Assembly (NCBI GenBank): GCA_013336225.1 | Contig: JAAXUC010000004.1 | Span: 32,421 to 96,420 of the forward strand | Source of the DNA: Candidatus Moraniibacteriota bacterium | Lineage (GTDB): Bacteria > Patescibacteriota > Minisyncoccia > Moranbacterales > GWC2-37-73 | Direction of reading: 5' to 3' | Length of the DNA: 64,000 nucleotides | Made by a program: the position numbers and the translations under genes | Shown here: one piece after another, positions 16,333-25,678 of the stretch | Numbering within the stretch: the stretch's first letter is position 1 | Layout: the number at the start of each line of letters is the position of its first letter | Notes under the pieces: model-generated | Told to the model about the DNA's origin: nothing | The model's input: the letters and a program-made list of their open reading frames with translations, nothing else | Databases searched by the model: none

Positions 16333-17706
16333 ATGAACATAATGAATATATTATTAGTTTCACTGGATCTTTCAGGCGCTGATTTGGCGCACCGCTTCAA
16401 AAAAGAAGGACATGACGTCCGTCTTTTTATTGAGGATAAAGATCAAAAAAATAATTACGACGGAATCGTTGCCAAAGTTTCTGATTGGAAAAATGAGCTT
16501 GCTTGGGTTGGAAAAAATGGACTCATCGTTTTTGACAGTTGTGGATATGGAAAAGAGCAAGATGATCTTCGAAGAGAAGGTTTTTCCGTGGTTGGTGGCT
16601 GCGAATTGGGTGATAAGCTTGAACATGACAGGCAATATGGTCAAAAAATATTTTCTGTTTGTGGAATACCTATCGTTGACTCTCAAAGCTTCACAAATAT
16701 GCAGGAAGCCATTGAATTTGTTCGTGGCAATAAAGGACCTTGGGTCATAAAACAAAATGGACATGCTGATAAGATGTTCAATTATGTGGGAAGCCTTGAG
16801 GACGGAAGAGATGTCATTGACGTGCTTAATAATTATTGTGAATATGAAAAAGATGAATGTGCAGTCATCGACCTTCAAAAGAAAATAGAAGGCATCGAAA
16901 TCGGCGTGGCTAGATATTTCAATGGAAATGATTGGGTTGGACCAATTGAGATAAATATTGAACATAAAGATTTGTTTGCTGGGGGCGTGGGTCCAAAAAC
17001 TTTCGAAATGGGGACTTTGATGTGGTTTGATGATGATGAAAACAATAAACTTTTTCTAATGACCCTGGCAAAGCTTAAGGATTATTTAAAAAAAATAAAT
17101 TTCATAGGAGATGTTGACATTAATTGTATTGTAAATGATCAAGAGGTATATCCGCTTGAAGTTACAACTCGTTTTGGATGGCCTTCAACTCACCTGCACT
17201 GCGAATTGATTGAATCTCCAATGAGTGATTTCCTGAAAGCGGTGGCTGATGGAAAACAATATGACTTGAAATATAAAAAAGAGTTTGGCATTGTGGTGCT
17301 TGTGGCAACCCCGCCATTTCCATATCAGCTGCAGTTGAAAAAATATTCAGCTCAAGACGAGAAGATTTATTTTGGTGCTGGGATTTTACAAGATGATTTT
17401 GATCACATTCATTTGGAGGAAATTTCAAAAAACAATGATGGAGAATATTATATTTCAGGCGATTCTGGTTTCATTTTGCATGTGACAAGCACTGGGGGCA
17501 CTGTTGAGAAAGCAAGAGCAAATGGAATTGAAATTATAGATAAAATAATAATACCAAAAAAATTCTATCGTAATGATATCGGTCTTAAATTTGAGCAGAC
17601 AGATGGTGATAAATTGAGGCAATGGGGGTGGATATCAAAAATGAATGCAAAAAAGCAAAATCGCATCATAACTTTTTTTAAATCTTTTCATGAGAAGCGA
17701 AAATAA
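16333..17706 (+). CDS. PurD-like (phosphoribosylamine-glycine ligase family) ATP-grasp enzyme
   Basis: LEHDRQYGQ, PWVIKQNG, LQKKIEGIE, EHKDL..G.GPKTFEMG, PLEVTTRFGWP resemble the GARS ATP-grasp motifs. Confidence 0.75.
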   Translation: MNIMNILLVSLDLSGADLAHRFKKEGHDVRLFIEDKDQKNNYDGIVAKVSDWKNELAWVGKNGLIVFDSCGYGKEQDDLRREGFSVVGGCELGDKLEHDRQYGQKIFSVCGIPIVDSQSFTNMQEAIEFVRGNKGPWVIKQNGHADKMFNYVGSLEDGRDVIDVLNNYCEYEKDECAVIDLQKKIEGIEIGVARYFNGNDWVGPIEINIEHKDLFAGGVGPKTFEMGTLMWFDDDENNKLFLMTLAKLKDYLKKINFIGDVDINCIVNDQEVYPLEVTTRFGWPSTHLHCELIESPMSDFLKAVADGKQYDLKYKKEFGIVVLVATPPFPYQLQLKKYSAQDEKIYFGAGILQDDFDHIHLEEISKNNDGEYYISGDSGFILHVTSTGGTVEKARANGIEIIDKIIIPKKFYRNDIGLKFEQTDGDKLRQWGWISKMNAKKQNRIITFFKSFHEKRK

Positions 17707-18244
17707 ACCTGAAGAAATTTTCGAATTGACCACGGTTGTTGAAAATTGTTTCAAGCAGGAATTTTTGGACGACATATTATTGCTTGAAAAAAAATGTTTT
17801 CCGTTGGAAATGCAATATGAGCGCAATGTTGCAATTGAATACTATAAAGGGGCACTGAAAAATAGTGACAATATTAATGTTTTCTTAAAAGAAGGCGCTG
17901 AAACAATCGGATATGTTTTGGCGGTTTTTCATGATAATGGATTCGATGAAATTCATGAATATGACAAGGAGTTTAAAAAACAAAAAGATTTTTTCTACAT
18001 TGAAACAATTCAAGTTTTGCCTGAAAAAGGTGGCAGAGGTGGTGCAAAAAAGTTGCTTATGGCTGCTTGCAAAGAAGCTCAAAAAAGAGGAATCAACAAA
18101 TTTTCAATACATGCTCGAAAAACCAATGGTCTCAGTGAAACAGTCAAAAAGCTTTTTGAAGGAAAAACAATCACAGTGCGAGAAATTGAAAGTTGGAATC
18201 CAGCAAATGGAGAGCCTTATGAATATATTGAGTGGAGATGCTAG
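17690..18244 (+). CDS. GNAT-family acetyltransferase
   Basis: YIETIQVLPEKGGRGGAKKLL acetyl-CoA motif A; overlaps the upstream gene by 17 nt. Confidence 0.75.
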   Translation: MRSENKPEEIFELTTVVENCFKQEFLDDILLLEKKCFPLEMQYERNVAIEYYKGALKNSDNINVFLKEGAETIGYVLAVFHDNGFDEIHEYDKEFKKQKDFFYIETIQVLPEKGGRGGAKKLLMAACKEAQKRGINKFSIHARKTNGLSETVKKLFEGKTITVREIESWNPANGEPYEYIEWRC

Positions 18245-18389
18245 GGATTATCATTTGAAAATGCGTTTTTTACTGTGTGACAATGTTTCATCTTCTTGTT
18301 GATCTGCAAAAATTGTTATTTCTTGTGCATGAAAATGGAATTGTTTTCCTTTCTCAAAAGTTTGTTTTAGTGTATAATTTGATTAGTAA

Positions 18390-19001
18390 ATGTTTTTTTA
18401 TTTGAACTTAATTGATGATGATAAATTTGAATTAATAGCAGCTAATATTATGAAAAAGACAAAAGAAGGGAGAAGTGTTTTTTCATGGATGAATCCTTGT
18501 TTGGAGGTTAGATCAATATCTAAGTATGGCAATAATGGAAAAGGAATTTTTACATTAAAAGAAATAAAAAAAGGTGAGGAGTTGGCTGTCTTTGGTGGTT
18601 ATATTGTAGCAGTTAAAGATCTGATTGATTTACCAGAGAAATACAGAGATCTCGGATTTCAGATATCTGATAAATTTTCAATAACTAGTAAGAATATAAA
18701 TGAAGACTCTGATAATTTTAATCATAGTTGTGATCCTAATGCTGGGATATGTGGACAAATATTTTTAGTTTCAATGAGGGATATTAAAAAAGGAGAGGAA
18801 GTTGTTTTTGATTATGCTATGGTTTTAAGTAAAAGTACTGGTGCTGAAAAATATGAAATTAAATGTTTATGTGGATCAGTAAAATGTAGAGGTAAGATAA
18901 CTGAGAATGATTGGAAGATGCCAGAATTACAAAAAAAATACAATGGATACTTCCAACATTTCTTGCAGGAAAAAATTAATAAAATAAATACAAAAAAATG
19001 A
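18390..19001 (+). CDS. SET-domain protein-lysine methyltransferase with post-SET
   Basis: GKGIF, NHSCDPN, GEEVVFDY, CLCGSVKCRG; true start may be ATG 18450. Confidence 0.9.
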   Translation: MFFYLNLIDDDKFELIAANIMKKTKEGRSVFSWMNPCLEVRSISKYGNNGKGIFTLKEIKKGEELAVFGGYIVAVKDLIDLPEKYRDLGFQISDKFSITSKNINEDSDNFNHSCDPNAGICGQIFLVSMRDIKKGEEVVFDYAMVLSKSTGAEKYEIKCLCGSVKCRGKITENDWKMPELQKKYNGYFQHFLQEKINKINTKK

Positions 19002-20719
19002 TTTGTCCAAGCTTCGCAGATCCAAAGTTTTTGATCATTGCCACTGATGTTCCAGCTTTGCTTTATTATTCACACATTCCAGCAATCATAATATCATTGT
19101 TGATTGGTTTCTTTGTTTTTTTGAAGGACAGATCGTCTTTGGCTGGTAGACTTTTATTGTTTATTTCATTGAGTTTCTCCCTGTGGACTTTCTTTAGCTT
19201 GATAACATGGACAAATAATAATAGTGAGTTAATTATGCTTGTCTGGTCTTTTTTTGGCGCCCTATATGTATTGCTTTGTATATTATCCTTATACTTCGTG
19301 TATGTATTTATAGATAAGAGAGACGTTTCATTTAAGATAAAAATTATTCTGGGTCTCATATTTTTACCTGCAATTATTTTAGTTTCAACTGCTTTTAATA
19401 TTTTTAATTTCAACTTAACACTCTGTGGCGTTACAAATGAAGGTGTTTATTATACCAATTATTATTACGGAGTTGGCTTTCTGATGTTTCTATGGATTCT
19501 CTTCTTGTTGATTGCTCGTTATAGAAAGGCTGAGAAAGAAATGAAAAAACAAATCATTCTGCTTGGGTTTGGTATTGAATTTTTTCTACTTTCTTTTTTT
19601 GCCAGCGGATATATTGCAAGTCTCTTGACTGAGAATTCATATGATCTTGAATTCTATGGTCTTTTTGGGATGACTTTTTTTATGGCAGTGTTGGCTTTCT
19701 TGATTGTCAAATATAAAGCTTTTGAAATCAAGCTCATTGGCGCTCAAGCATTGGTGGTGTCTCTGATAATTTTGGTTGGCTCTCAATTTTTCTTTGCAAA
19801 AAATCAAACCAGCATCATTTTGACAGGCGTGACAATGGCACTTTCACTCGGATTTGGATACTATTTGATTCGCTCTGTTAAGCATGAAGTTGAGCGCAAA
19901 GAAGAATTGCAGCTTATGGCGGACAAGTTGGCGCAGGCCAATGATGCGCTGCGGAAATTGGACAATGCCAAGACGGAATTCATTTCGATTGCTTCTCATC
20001 AACTCAGAACTCCGATCACAGCCATCAAGGGTTTTGCTTCACTTTTGCTTGAGGGTGCATATGGAGAACTTTCTGAAGGTGTGCATGGAGCCTTGGAAAA
20101 AGTGTATTCTTCCAGTGAACGTTTGGTTTCCCTTATTGAAGATCTGCTCAATGTTTCGCGCATTGAATCTGGACGTATGGTTTTTGCTTTTGAAAAAGCA
20201 ACAGTTGAAAAATTGATCAAAGAGTTGTATGACAACTTCATTTTGATTGCCAAGACCAAGAAATTCTATCTTGATTTGAAGCTGCCGGAAACTCCACTGC
20301 CTGAAGTTATGATGGACTATTCCAAAATTCGCGAATTGGTTTCCAATTTCATTGACAATGCGCTCAAGTATACAGAAAAAGGTGGCGTGACTGTCAAAGC
20401 TGAGCTCAGGGATGAAGGTGTGGTGATTGATGAAAGTGGTTTTGTGATTGAGGGCAAGAAATCTGAATTTGGCAAAGTGGTGCGGGTCACAGTTTCCGAC
20501 ACCGGAATCGGAATTCCGCGCGAAGAAATTCCATATCTTTTCAAAAAGTTTTCACGCGGCAAAGATGTGTCGCGCCTTCATGTTGGTGGAACCGGCCTTG
20601 GGCTCTATGTGGGCAAGGCCATCGCTGAAAACCATCATGGCGCAGTCTGGATCGAATCCGAAGGTGCCGACAAGGGAAGTCGCTTCATCATTGAAATCCC
20701 AGTGGAACACGTCGGGTAG
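18998..20719 (+). CDS. Sensor histidine kinase with multi-TM N-terminal sensor
   Basis: H box ASHQLRTP, N box NFIDNALKYT, DTGIG, GTGLGL; many TM helices. Confidence 0.95.
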   Translation: MICPSFADPKFLIIATDVPALLYYSHIPAIIISLLIGFFVFLKDRSSLAGRLLLFISLSFSLWTFFSLITWTNNNSELIMLVWSFFGALYVLLCILSLYFVYVFIDKRDVSFKIKIILGLIFLPAIILVSTAFNIFNFNLTLCGVTNEGVYYTNYYYGVGFLMFLWILFLLIARYRKAEKEMKKQIILLGFGIEFFLLSFFASGYIASLLTENSYDLEFYGLFGMTFFMAVLAFLIVKYKAFEIKLIGAQALVVSLIILVGSQFFFAKNQTSIILTGVTMALSLGFGYYLIRSVKHEVERKEELQLMADKLAQANDALRKLDNAKTEFISIASHQLRTPITAIKGFASLLLEGAYGELSEGVHGALEKVYSSSERLVSLIEDLLNVSRIESGRMVFAFEKATVEKLIKELYDNFILIAKTKKFYLDLKLPETPLPEVMMDYSKIRELVSNFIDNALKYTEKGGVTVKAELRDEGVVIDESGFVIEGKKSEFGKVVRVTVSDTGIGIPREEIPYLFKKFSRGKDVSRLHVGGTGLGLYVGKAIAENHHGAVWIESEGADKGSRFIIEIPVEHVG

Positions 20720-20739
20720 ACTTGCGAAATTAAGAATTA

Positions 20740-20772
20740 AAACAAAAACAGCTTCTTTAGCTGTTTTTGTTT
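20740..20772 (+). terminator. Terminator after the histidine kinase gene
   Basis: aaacaaaaacagct-tcttt-agctgtttttgttt. Confidence 0.7.
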
Positions 20773-20868
20773 GCAAAAGGCTGAAAATTTGCTATTATAT
20801 CTATATTAAATTGAATTTAGATTTTATAATGCGTTAATTCGTTAATGCGTTAATGAATAATAAGAACA

Positions 20869-22110
20869 ATGAAACAATCACAACTATTCACCAAAACTAA
20901 AAAAGAAGCTCCATCAGATGAGGTGGCCAAGAACGCGCAACTTTTGATTCGCGCCGGTTTTATTCACAAAGAAATGGCTGGAGTGTATGCATATATGCCG
21001 CTTGGTCTGCGAGTGCTGGAAAACATTAAGCGTATTGTTCGCGAAGAAATGAATGCTGTCGGCGGTCAGGAATTGATGATGACAACCTTGCAACCCAAAG
21101 AAATTTGGGAGAAGACTGGTCGTTGGGATGATGCCAAGGTGGATAATTGGTTCAAGACTAAATTGGTTAATGGCACAGAACTTGGAGTGGGACTGACTCA
21201 TGAAGAACCAATTGTTGATGCTGTTAGCAACTATCTCAATTCATACAAGGGCATGCCATTTTCAGTGTATCAAATTCAGAATAAATTTAGAAATGAAAAA
21301 CGGGCCAAGAGCGGAATTTTGCGTGGACGCGAATTTTTGATGAAAGATATGTACACATTTTGCAAAGATCAAGAGCAGCATGAGCAGGAATATGAAAAGA
21401 TTGTGGCTGCATATCATCGTGTTTATGCGCGCCTAGGGTTGGGGGAAATCACATATCGCACCTATGCTGATGGAGGAATTTTCACGCCTCGTTTTAGCGA
21501 TGAATTCCAAACACTCACTGAGGTGGGAGAAGATACGATTTATGTTGATGAGAAAAAACGAATTGCAATCAATGAGGAAATTTTGACGGATGAGAACTTG
21601 AAAAAACTCGGCCTTGATCGCAATGATCTTGTGGCGAAAAAAGGCGTTGAAGTCGGAAACACTTTTCATTTGGAAAGCAAATATACTGACGCATTGGATT
21701 TGTTCTATATTGATGAAAAAGGTGAAAAGCAATCAATTTTGATGGGATGCTATGGAATTGGAGTTAGTCGCTTGATGGGAGTTGTTGCGGAACTTTTTTC
21801 TGATGACAAGGGCTTGGTGTGGCCGGAAAATGTTGCGCCGTTTGCTGTGCATCTTTTGAGTCTTGGACAAGATGAAGAAACTGAAAAAATTTGCATCGAA
21901 CTTGAAAAAAACGGAATTGAAGTTTTGTTTGATGATCGCGACGCACAGGCTGGTGCAAAATTTGCCGACTCAGATTTGATTGGAATTCCATGTCGAGTGG
22001 TTGTTAGTAAAAAATCTTTGGCTGCTGGGGGACTTGAAGTGAAAATGCGAAATGAAAGTGAAAGCAAGATTATGACAGTGGAGGAATTGTTGCAAATGCT
22101 AAAAAAGTAA
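20869..22110 (+). CDS. proS: Proline--tRNA ligase (short, no editing insertion)
   Basis: LLIRAGFI, THEE, KFRNEKR, RGREFLMKD, MGCYGIGVSR, DLIGIP. Confidence 0.96.
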   Translation: MKQSQLFTKTKKEAPSDEVAKNAQLLIRAGFIHKEMAGVYAYMPLGLRVLENIKRIVREEMNAVGGQELMMTTLQPKEIWEKTGRWDDAKVDNWFKTKLVNGTELGVGLTHEEPIVDAVSNYLNSYKGMPFSVYQIQNKFRNEKRAKSGILRGREFLMKDMYTFCKDQEQHEQEYEKIVAAYHRVYARLGLGEITYRTYADGGIFTPRFSDEFQTLTEVGEDTIYVDEKKRIAINEEILTDENLKKLGLDRNDLVAKKGVEVGNTFHLESKYTDALDLFYIDEKGEKQSILMGCYGIGVSRLMGVVAELFSDDKGLVWPENVAPFAVHLLSLGQDEETEKICIELEKNGIEVLFDDRDAQAGAKFADSDLIGIPCRVVVSKKSLAAGGLEVKMRNESESKIMTVEELLQMLKK

Positions 22111-22158
22111 TACGTATTGATTTGCGAAAATGTGCTAATATTTAATCAGTTATGGGTT

Positions 22159-22240
22159 AAATTCCCCTCGGCTTGCCGGGTGGAAAGTATCAAGAGAAAT
22201 TCCTCTTGATACCTCGTGCGCTTGCCACGAGGTAATTCAT
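22159..22240. repeat. Small palindromic element with two CCTCG-GCTTGCC-type hairpins
   Basis: cccctcggcttgccgg, hairpin gtatcaagag/ctcttgatac, tacctcgtgcgcttgccacgaggta. Confidence 0.55.
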
Positions 22241-22316
22241 TGTTGTATTGATTGTACACATTTGCTTAATTAAATAAATAATGCTAGTATTATTTTAATA
22301 AAAAGATGAATTAAAA

Positions 22317-22510
22317 GCGTTTGAGGGAATATCAATCCCGAGCTGCAGGAAGAAATGTTTCAGTATATATGATACTTGTGACAAAATAGAACCTGTCGGA
22401 TAAGTCCGTTATAGCCGTTTGAGTCTGGTTGATATGAGAAATAACCAGAAAATTAAGGTGGCACCACGTTTCCAAGACGTCCTTATATCAAGGGATGTTT
22501 TTATTTTATT
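22317..22510 (+). ncRNA. T-box riboswitch leader of ileS with ultrashort Stem I
   Basis: GGGA-ATATCAA-TCCC with Ile codon ATC at 22331-22333; AGTA/GAA Stem II; CCGTTA; T-box AATTAAGGTGGCACCACG 22451-22468; terminator plus T-tract. Confidence 0.85.
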
Positions 22511-22543
22511 TAAAATATTTTTAATTGTTTAATTTTAAATTTT

Positions 22544-25483
22544 ATGCAATTCAAGAAAGTAGATGCAAGAAAAAAATATTCAGAAATGGAGAAAGAAATA
22601 ATTCAATTTTGGAAAGATGATGGAACTTTCCAAAAATCCATTGAGCAAAAAAAAAATAATAAATATTTTAGTTTTTATGATGGTCCACCATTTATTACTG
22701 GTGTTCCACATTATGGAACATTGTTATCCTCTATCGTGAAGGATGCTGTTCCTAGATATTGGACAATGAAGGGATATCGTGTTGAGCGTCGATGGGGATG
22801 GGACTGTCATGGTCTTCCAGCTGAAAATATGGTGGAGAAGAAATTGGGAATCAAAAATAAACGTGAAATTGAGGAAAAAGTTGGTATTGCTACCTTTGTC
22901 GAGGAATGCATTAAGGAAACATCTCAAATTGCCTCTGAATGGGAAACTGTTATTGATAGAGTTGGTCGCTGGGTGGAGTTTAAAAATGCATACAAGACGA
23001 TGGATAAGAATTATATGGAATCCGTATGGTGGGCATTTTCGCAGCTTCACAAAAAAGGATTGATTTATGAAGATGTGAGAGTATCGCTATATTGTCCTAG
23101 ATGTTCAACGCCTTTATCAAATTTTGAAATTGCGATGGATAATAGCTATGAGATGGATAGTGATCCTTCAGTATATGTAAAAATGAAGATAAATGGTCAA
23201 GAAAATTCATATTTCTTGGTTTGGACAACAACTCCATGGACACTACTTGCTAATGTGGCCTTGGCTGTTGGCGGCGATATTGACTATGTTAAAGTTAGAT
23301 ATAATGATAAAAATGGCAATCCTGAATTTTTTATACTAGCTAAGAATGTATATGAGAAAAGAAGAGACGATTTTTTCCCTGGTGTTAAGAATCTTGGGCC
23401 AGATGAAGTTCCTCCAGTTGCATCAGAAATAGTTGAAGAATTTAAGGGCAATGATTTATTGATTAAGGAGTATGAATCAATATTCCCACATGAAATCGAA
23501 AACGGATATAAAGTAATTGCGGCAGATTTTGTTACAACTGATGATGGTTCGGGGATTGTGCATATCGCTCCAGCATTTGGAGAGGATGATTTTCAAGTTA
23601 GAAAGTCCAATGATTTACCAATAATCATGAATGTTAATGAAGAAGGTCAATTTACTGATGGACTATGGAGTGGACAGAAAGTTTGGGATGCTAATAATGA
23701 GATAGTTAAATGGCTCAAGGAAAACAATATACTTTTTAAGCGCGAACAGATTACACATAGTTACCCCCATTGTCATAGGTGTCATACAAAGCTTATTTAC
23801 AAAGCACAACCAGCTTGGTATGTGAATGTTTCAAAAATTCGTAAAGATTTGATTGCGGAAAACGAAAAAATAAATTGGTTTCCTGAATTTTTAAAACATG
23901 GTCGTTTTCAAAATGGTATTGAAGGTGCTCCAGATTGGAACATTTCTCGTGATCGTTATTTTGGAACAGCAATTCCAGTTTGGAAATGTGATGAATGTGA
24001 TGAAATGAAAGTTTTTGGGTCCTATGAAGAATTGAAAAATGCCTCTGGTATTGAGCTTGACGACTATCATCGTCCAAAGGTTGACGATGTTACTTTTGCT
24101 TGTGAAAAATGTCACGGTAAAATGAAGAGAATACCGCAAGTTTTTGATTCTTGGATTGAATCAGGCTCAATGCCGTTTGCTCAATTTCATTATCCATTTG
24201 AAAATAAAGAGGTTTTTGAAAAGAGTTTTCCTACGGACTTTATTTCAGAATATATTGCCCAAACAAGAGCTTGGTTTTATGTGCTGCACGTTCTTTCTGT
24301 GGGAATTTTTGGAAAAATAAGTTTCAAAAATGTTGTAACAACAGGAACAATTGCTGGAAATGATGGAAAAAAGATGTCAAAATCACTGGGGAATTATACG
24401 CTGCCCGATGTCGTTTTAGAGCAATACAGCGCTGATGCACTTCGACTTTATCTTTTGTCTTCACCGCTACTCAATGCTCAAAATATTAGTTTTTCAGAGA
24501 AATCCATACAAGATATTCAAAGAAAGGTATTGTCAACGCTTTGGAACAGCTATGCTTTCTTTACTCTCTATGCTGATGTTGATAAGTGGACGCCAAAAAA
24601 TAATGCTGGTTCTCCAGCCGATTCTGATAATCTTTTGGATCTTTGGATCGTGTCTGAGCTAAACAAGCTTATTAGAGAGGTTGATACTAATATGGAAGCA
24701 TACGAATTAGTAAAAGCAATCAGACCCTTTGAGAATTTTGTTGATAACTTATCAAACTGGTATATTCGTCGAAGTCGTAAACGTTTTTGGCGAAGTGAGA
24801 ATGATGATGATAAAGGCAATGCGTATCAAACCTTGCACTATGTGTTAGTTACTCTTTCAAAAATAATGGCGCCATTTGCACCATTTATATCTGAAGAGAT
24901 TTATAAGAATTTAACCGGATTGGAATCTGTTCACTTGGAAGATTTTCCTATTGCTGATGCAAAAAGAATAGATGAGGAACTGAACAACAATATGAGTGAT
25001 TTGCGTGAAATTATAACAATAGGTTTGCAAGATCGCGCAAAAAACAAAATTAAGGTTAGACAACCGTTGAGTGGAGTTTTTCTTGGTCAGAAATATAGTA
25101 AAGTCTTCAATGAAACTATAAACAAGCCAGAGTGGAGTATTATTTTAACAGAAGAGTTAAATGTGAAAGGTGCAACACTTGGAACCGAAACGGAAACTGT
25201 AGCAATTGATTCAAATATTACTGCAGAGCTTAAGCTTGAGGGTCAGGCAAGGGAAATCGTTCGTTATATCCAAGAAATGCGTAAGGAGGCTGGTTATGAA
25301 GTTGATAACCATATTATTGTGGGTTATTCCGGGGTAGAGGAAGTCTTTAATGAATTTGGAGATCTTATATCTAGGGAAATATTAGCGGATAAAATACAAT
25401 CTAATAATTTGCCCGAATATGACTTACAAAAAGAGTTCACATTTGATGAGAAAGTGTTTTCAATTACAATAAAAAAACTGTAA
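22544..25483 (+). CDS. ileS: Isoleucine--tRNA ligase, type 2-like
   Basis: DGPPF, HYGT in place of HIGH, GWDCHGLP, WTTTPWTL, DWNISR, KMSKS; no C-terminal Zn-finger Cys; Ile T-box upstream. Confidence 0.96.
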   Translation: MQFKKVDARKKYSEMEKEIIQFWKDDGTFQKSIEQKKNNKYFSFYDGPPFITGVPHYGTLLSSIVKDAVPRYWTMKGYRVERRWGWDCHGLPAENMVEKKLGIKNKREIEEKVGIATFVEECIKETSQIASEWETVIDRVGRWVEFKNAYKTMDKNYMESVWWAFSQLHKKGLIYEDVRVSLYCPRCSTPLSNFEIAMDNSYEMDSDPSVYVKMKINGQENSYFLVWTTTPWTLLANVALAVGGDIDYVKVRYNDKNGNPEFFILAKNVYEKRRDDFFPGVKNLGPDEVPPVASEIVEEFKGNDLLIKEYESIFPHEIENGYKVIAADFVTTDDGSGIVHIAPAFGEDDFQVRKSNDLPIIMNVNEEGQFTDGLWSGQKVWDANNEIVKWLKENNILFKREQITHSYPHCHRCHTKLIYKAQPAWYVNVSKIRKDLIAENEKINWFPEFLKHGRFQNGIEGAPDWNISRDRYFGTAIPVWKCDECDEMKVFGSYEELKNASGIELDDYHRPKVDDVTFACEKCHGKMKRIPQVFDSWIESGSMPFAQFHYPFENKEVFEKSFPTDFISEYIAQTRAWFYVLHVLSVGIFGKISFKNVVTTGTIAGNDGKKMSKSLGNYTLPDVVLEQYSADALRLYLLSSPLLNAQNISFSEKSIQDIQRKVLSTLWNSYAFFTLYADVDKWTPKNNAGSPADSDNLLDLWIVSELNKLIREVDTNMEAYELVKAIRPFENFVDNLSNWYIRRSRKRFWRSENDDDKGNAYQTLHYVLVTLSKIMAPFAPFISEEIYKNLTGLESVHLEDFPIADAKRIDEELNNNMSDLREIITIGLQDRAKNKIKVRQPLSGVFLGQKYSKVFNETINKPEWSIILTEELNVKGATLGTETETVAIDSNITAELKLEGQAREIVRYIQEMRKEAGYEVDNHIIVGYSGVEEVFNEFGDLISREILADKIQSNNLPEYDLQKEFTFDEKVFSITIKKL

Positions 25484-25526
25484 ATGTGCATATAGGAGCA
25501 ATCTTTAATGATTATAACCTCGTCTT

Positions 25527-25558
25527 AAAAAGTAGCCACTAAGTGGCTACTTTTTTTT
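25527..25558 (+). terminator. ileS terminator
   Basis: aaaaagtagccact-a-agtggctacttttttt. Confidence 0.8.
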
Positions 25559-25650
25559 GCGCCTTTTGGGGCGTTGATGTATGTCATTATGGGATATATT
25601 ATCATTACTTGACATTAATTAGCGATAGCAATAGAATAAGATCATATTAA

Positions 25651-25671
25651 AGGTTAACTTATAGGTTAACT
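25651..25671. promoter_or_regulatory. Candidate operator: two AGGTTAACT boxes
   Basis: aggttaact-tat-aggttaact, each with palindromic GTTAAC, 7 nt before the ATG of an HTH-containing gene. Confidence 0.45.
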
Positions 25672-25678
25672 ACTATGT

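Noticed and set aside
16333-17706. Gene symbol purD
   Set aside because: Divergent N-terminus and no pur context; orthology cannot be supported from sequence alone
20775-20868. T-box leader for proS
   Set aside because: No GGTGGNACC motif and too little space; only an octamer repeat is present
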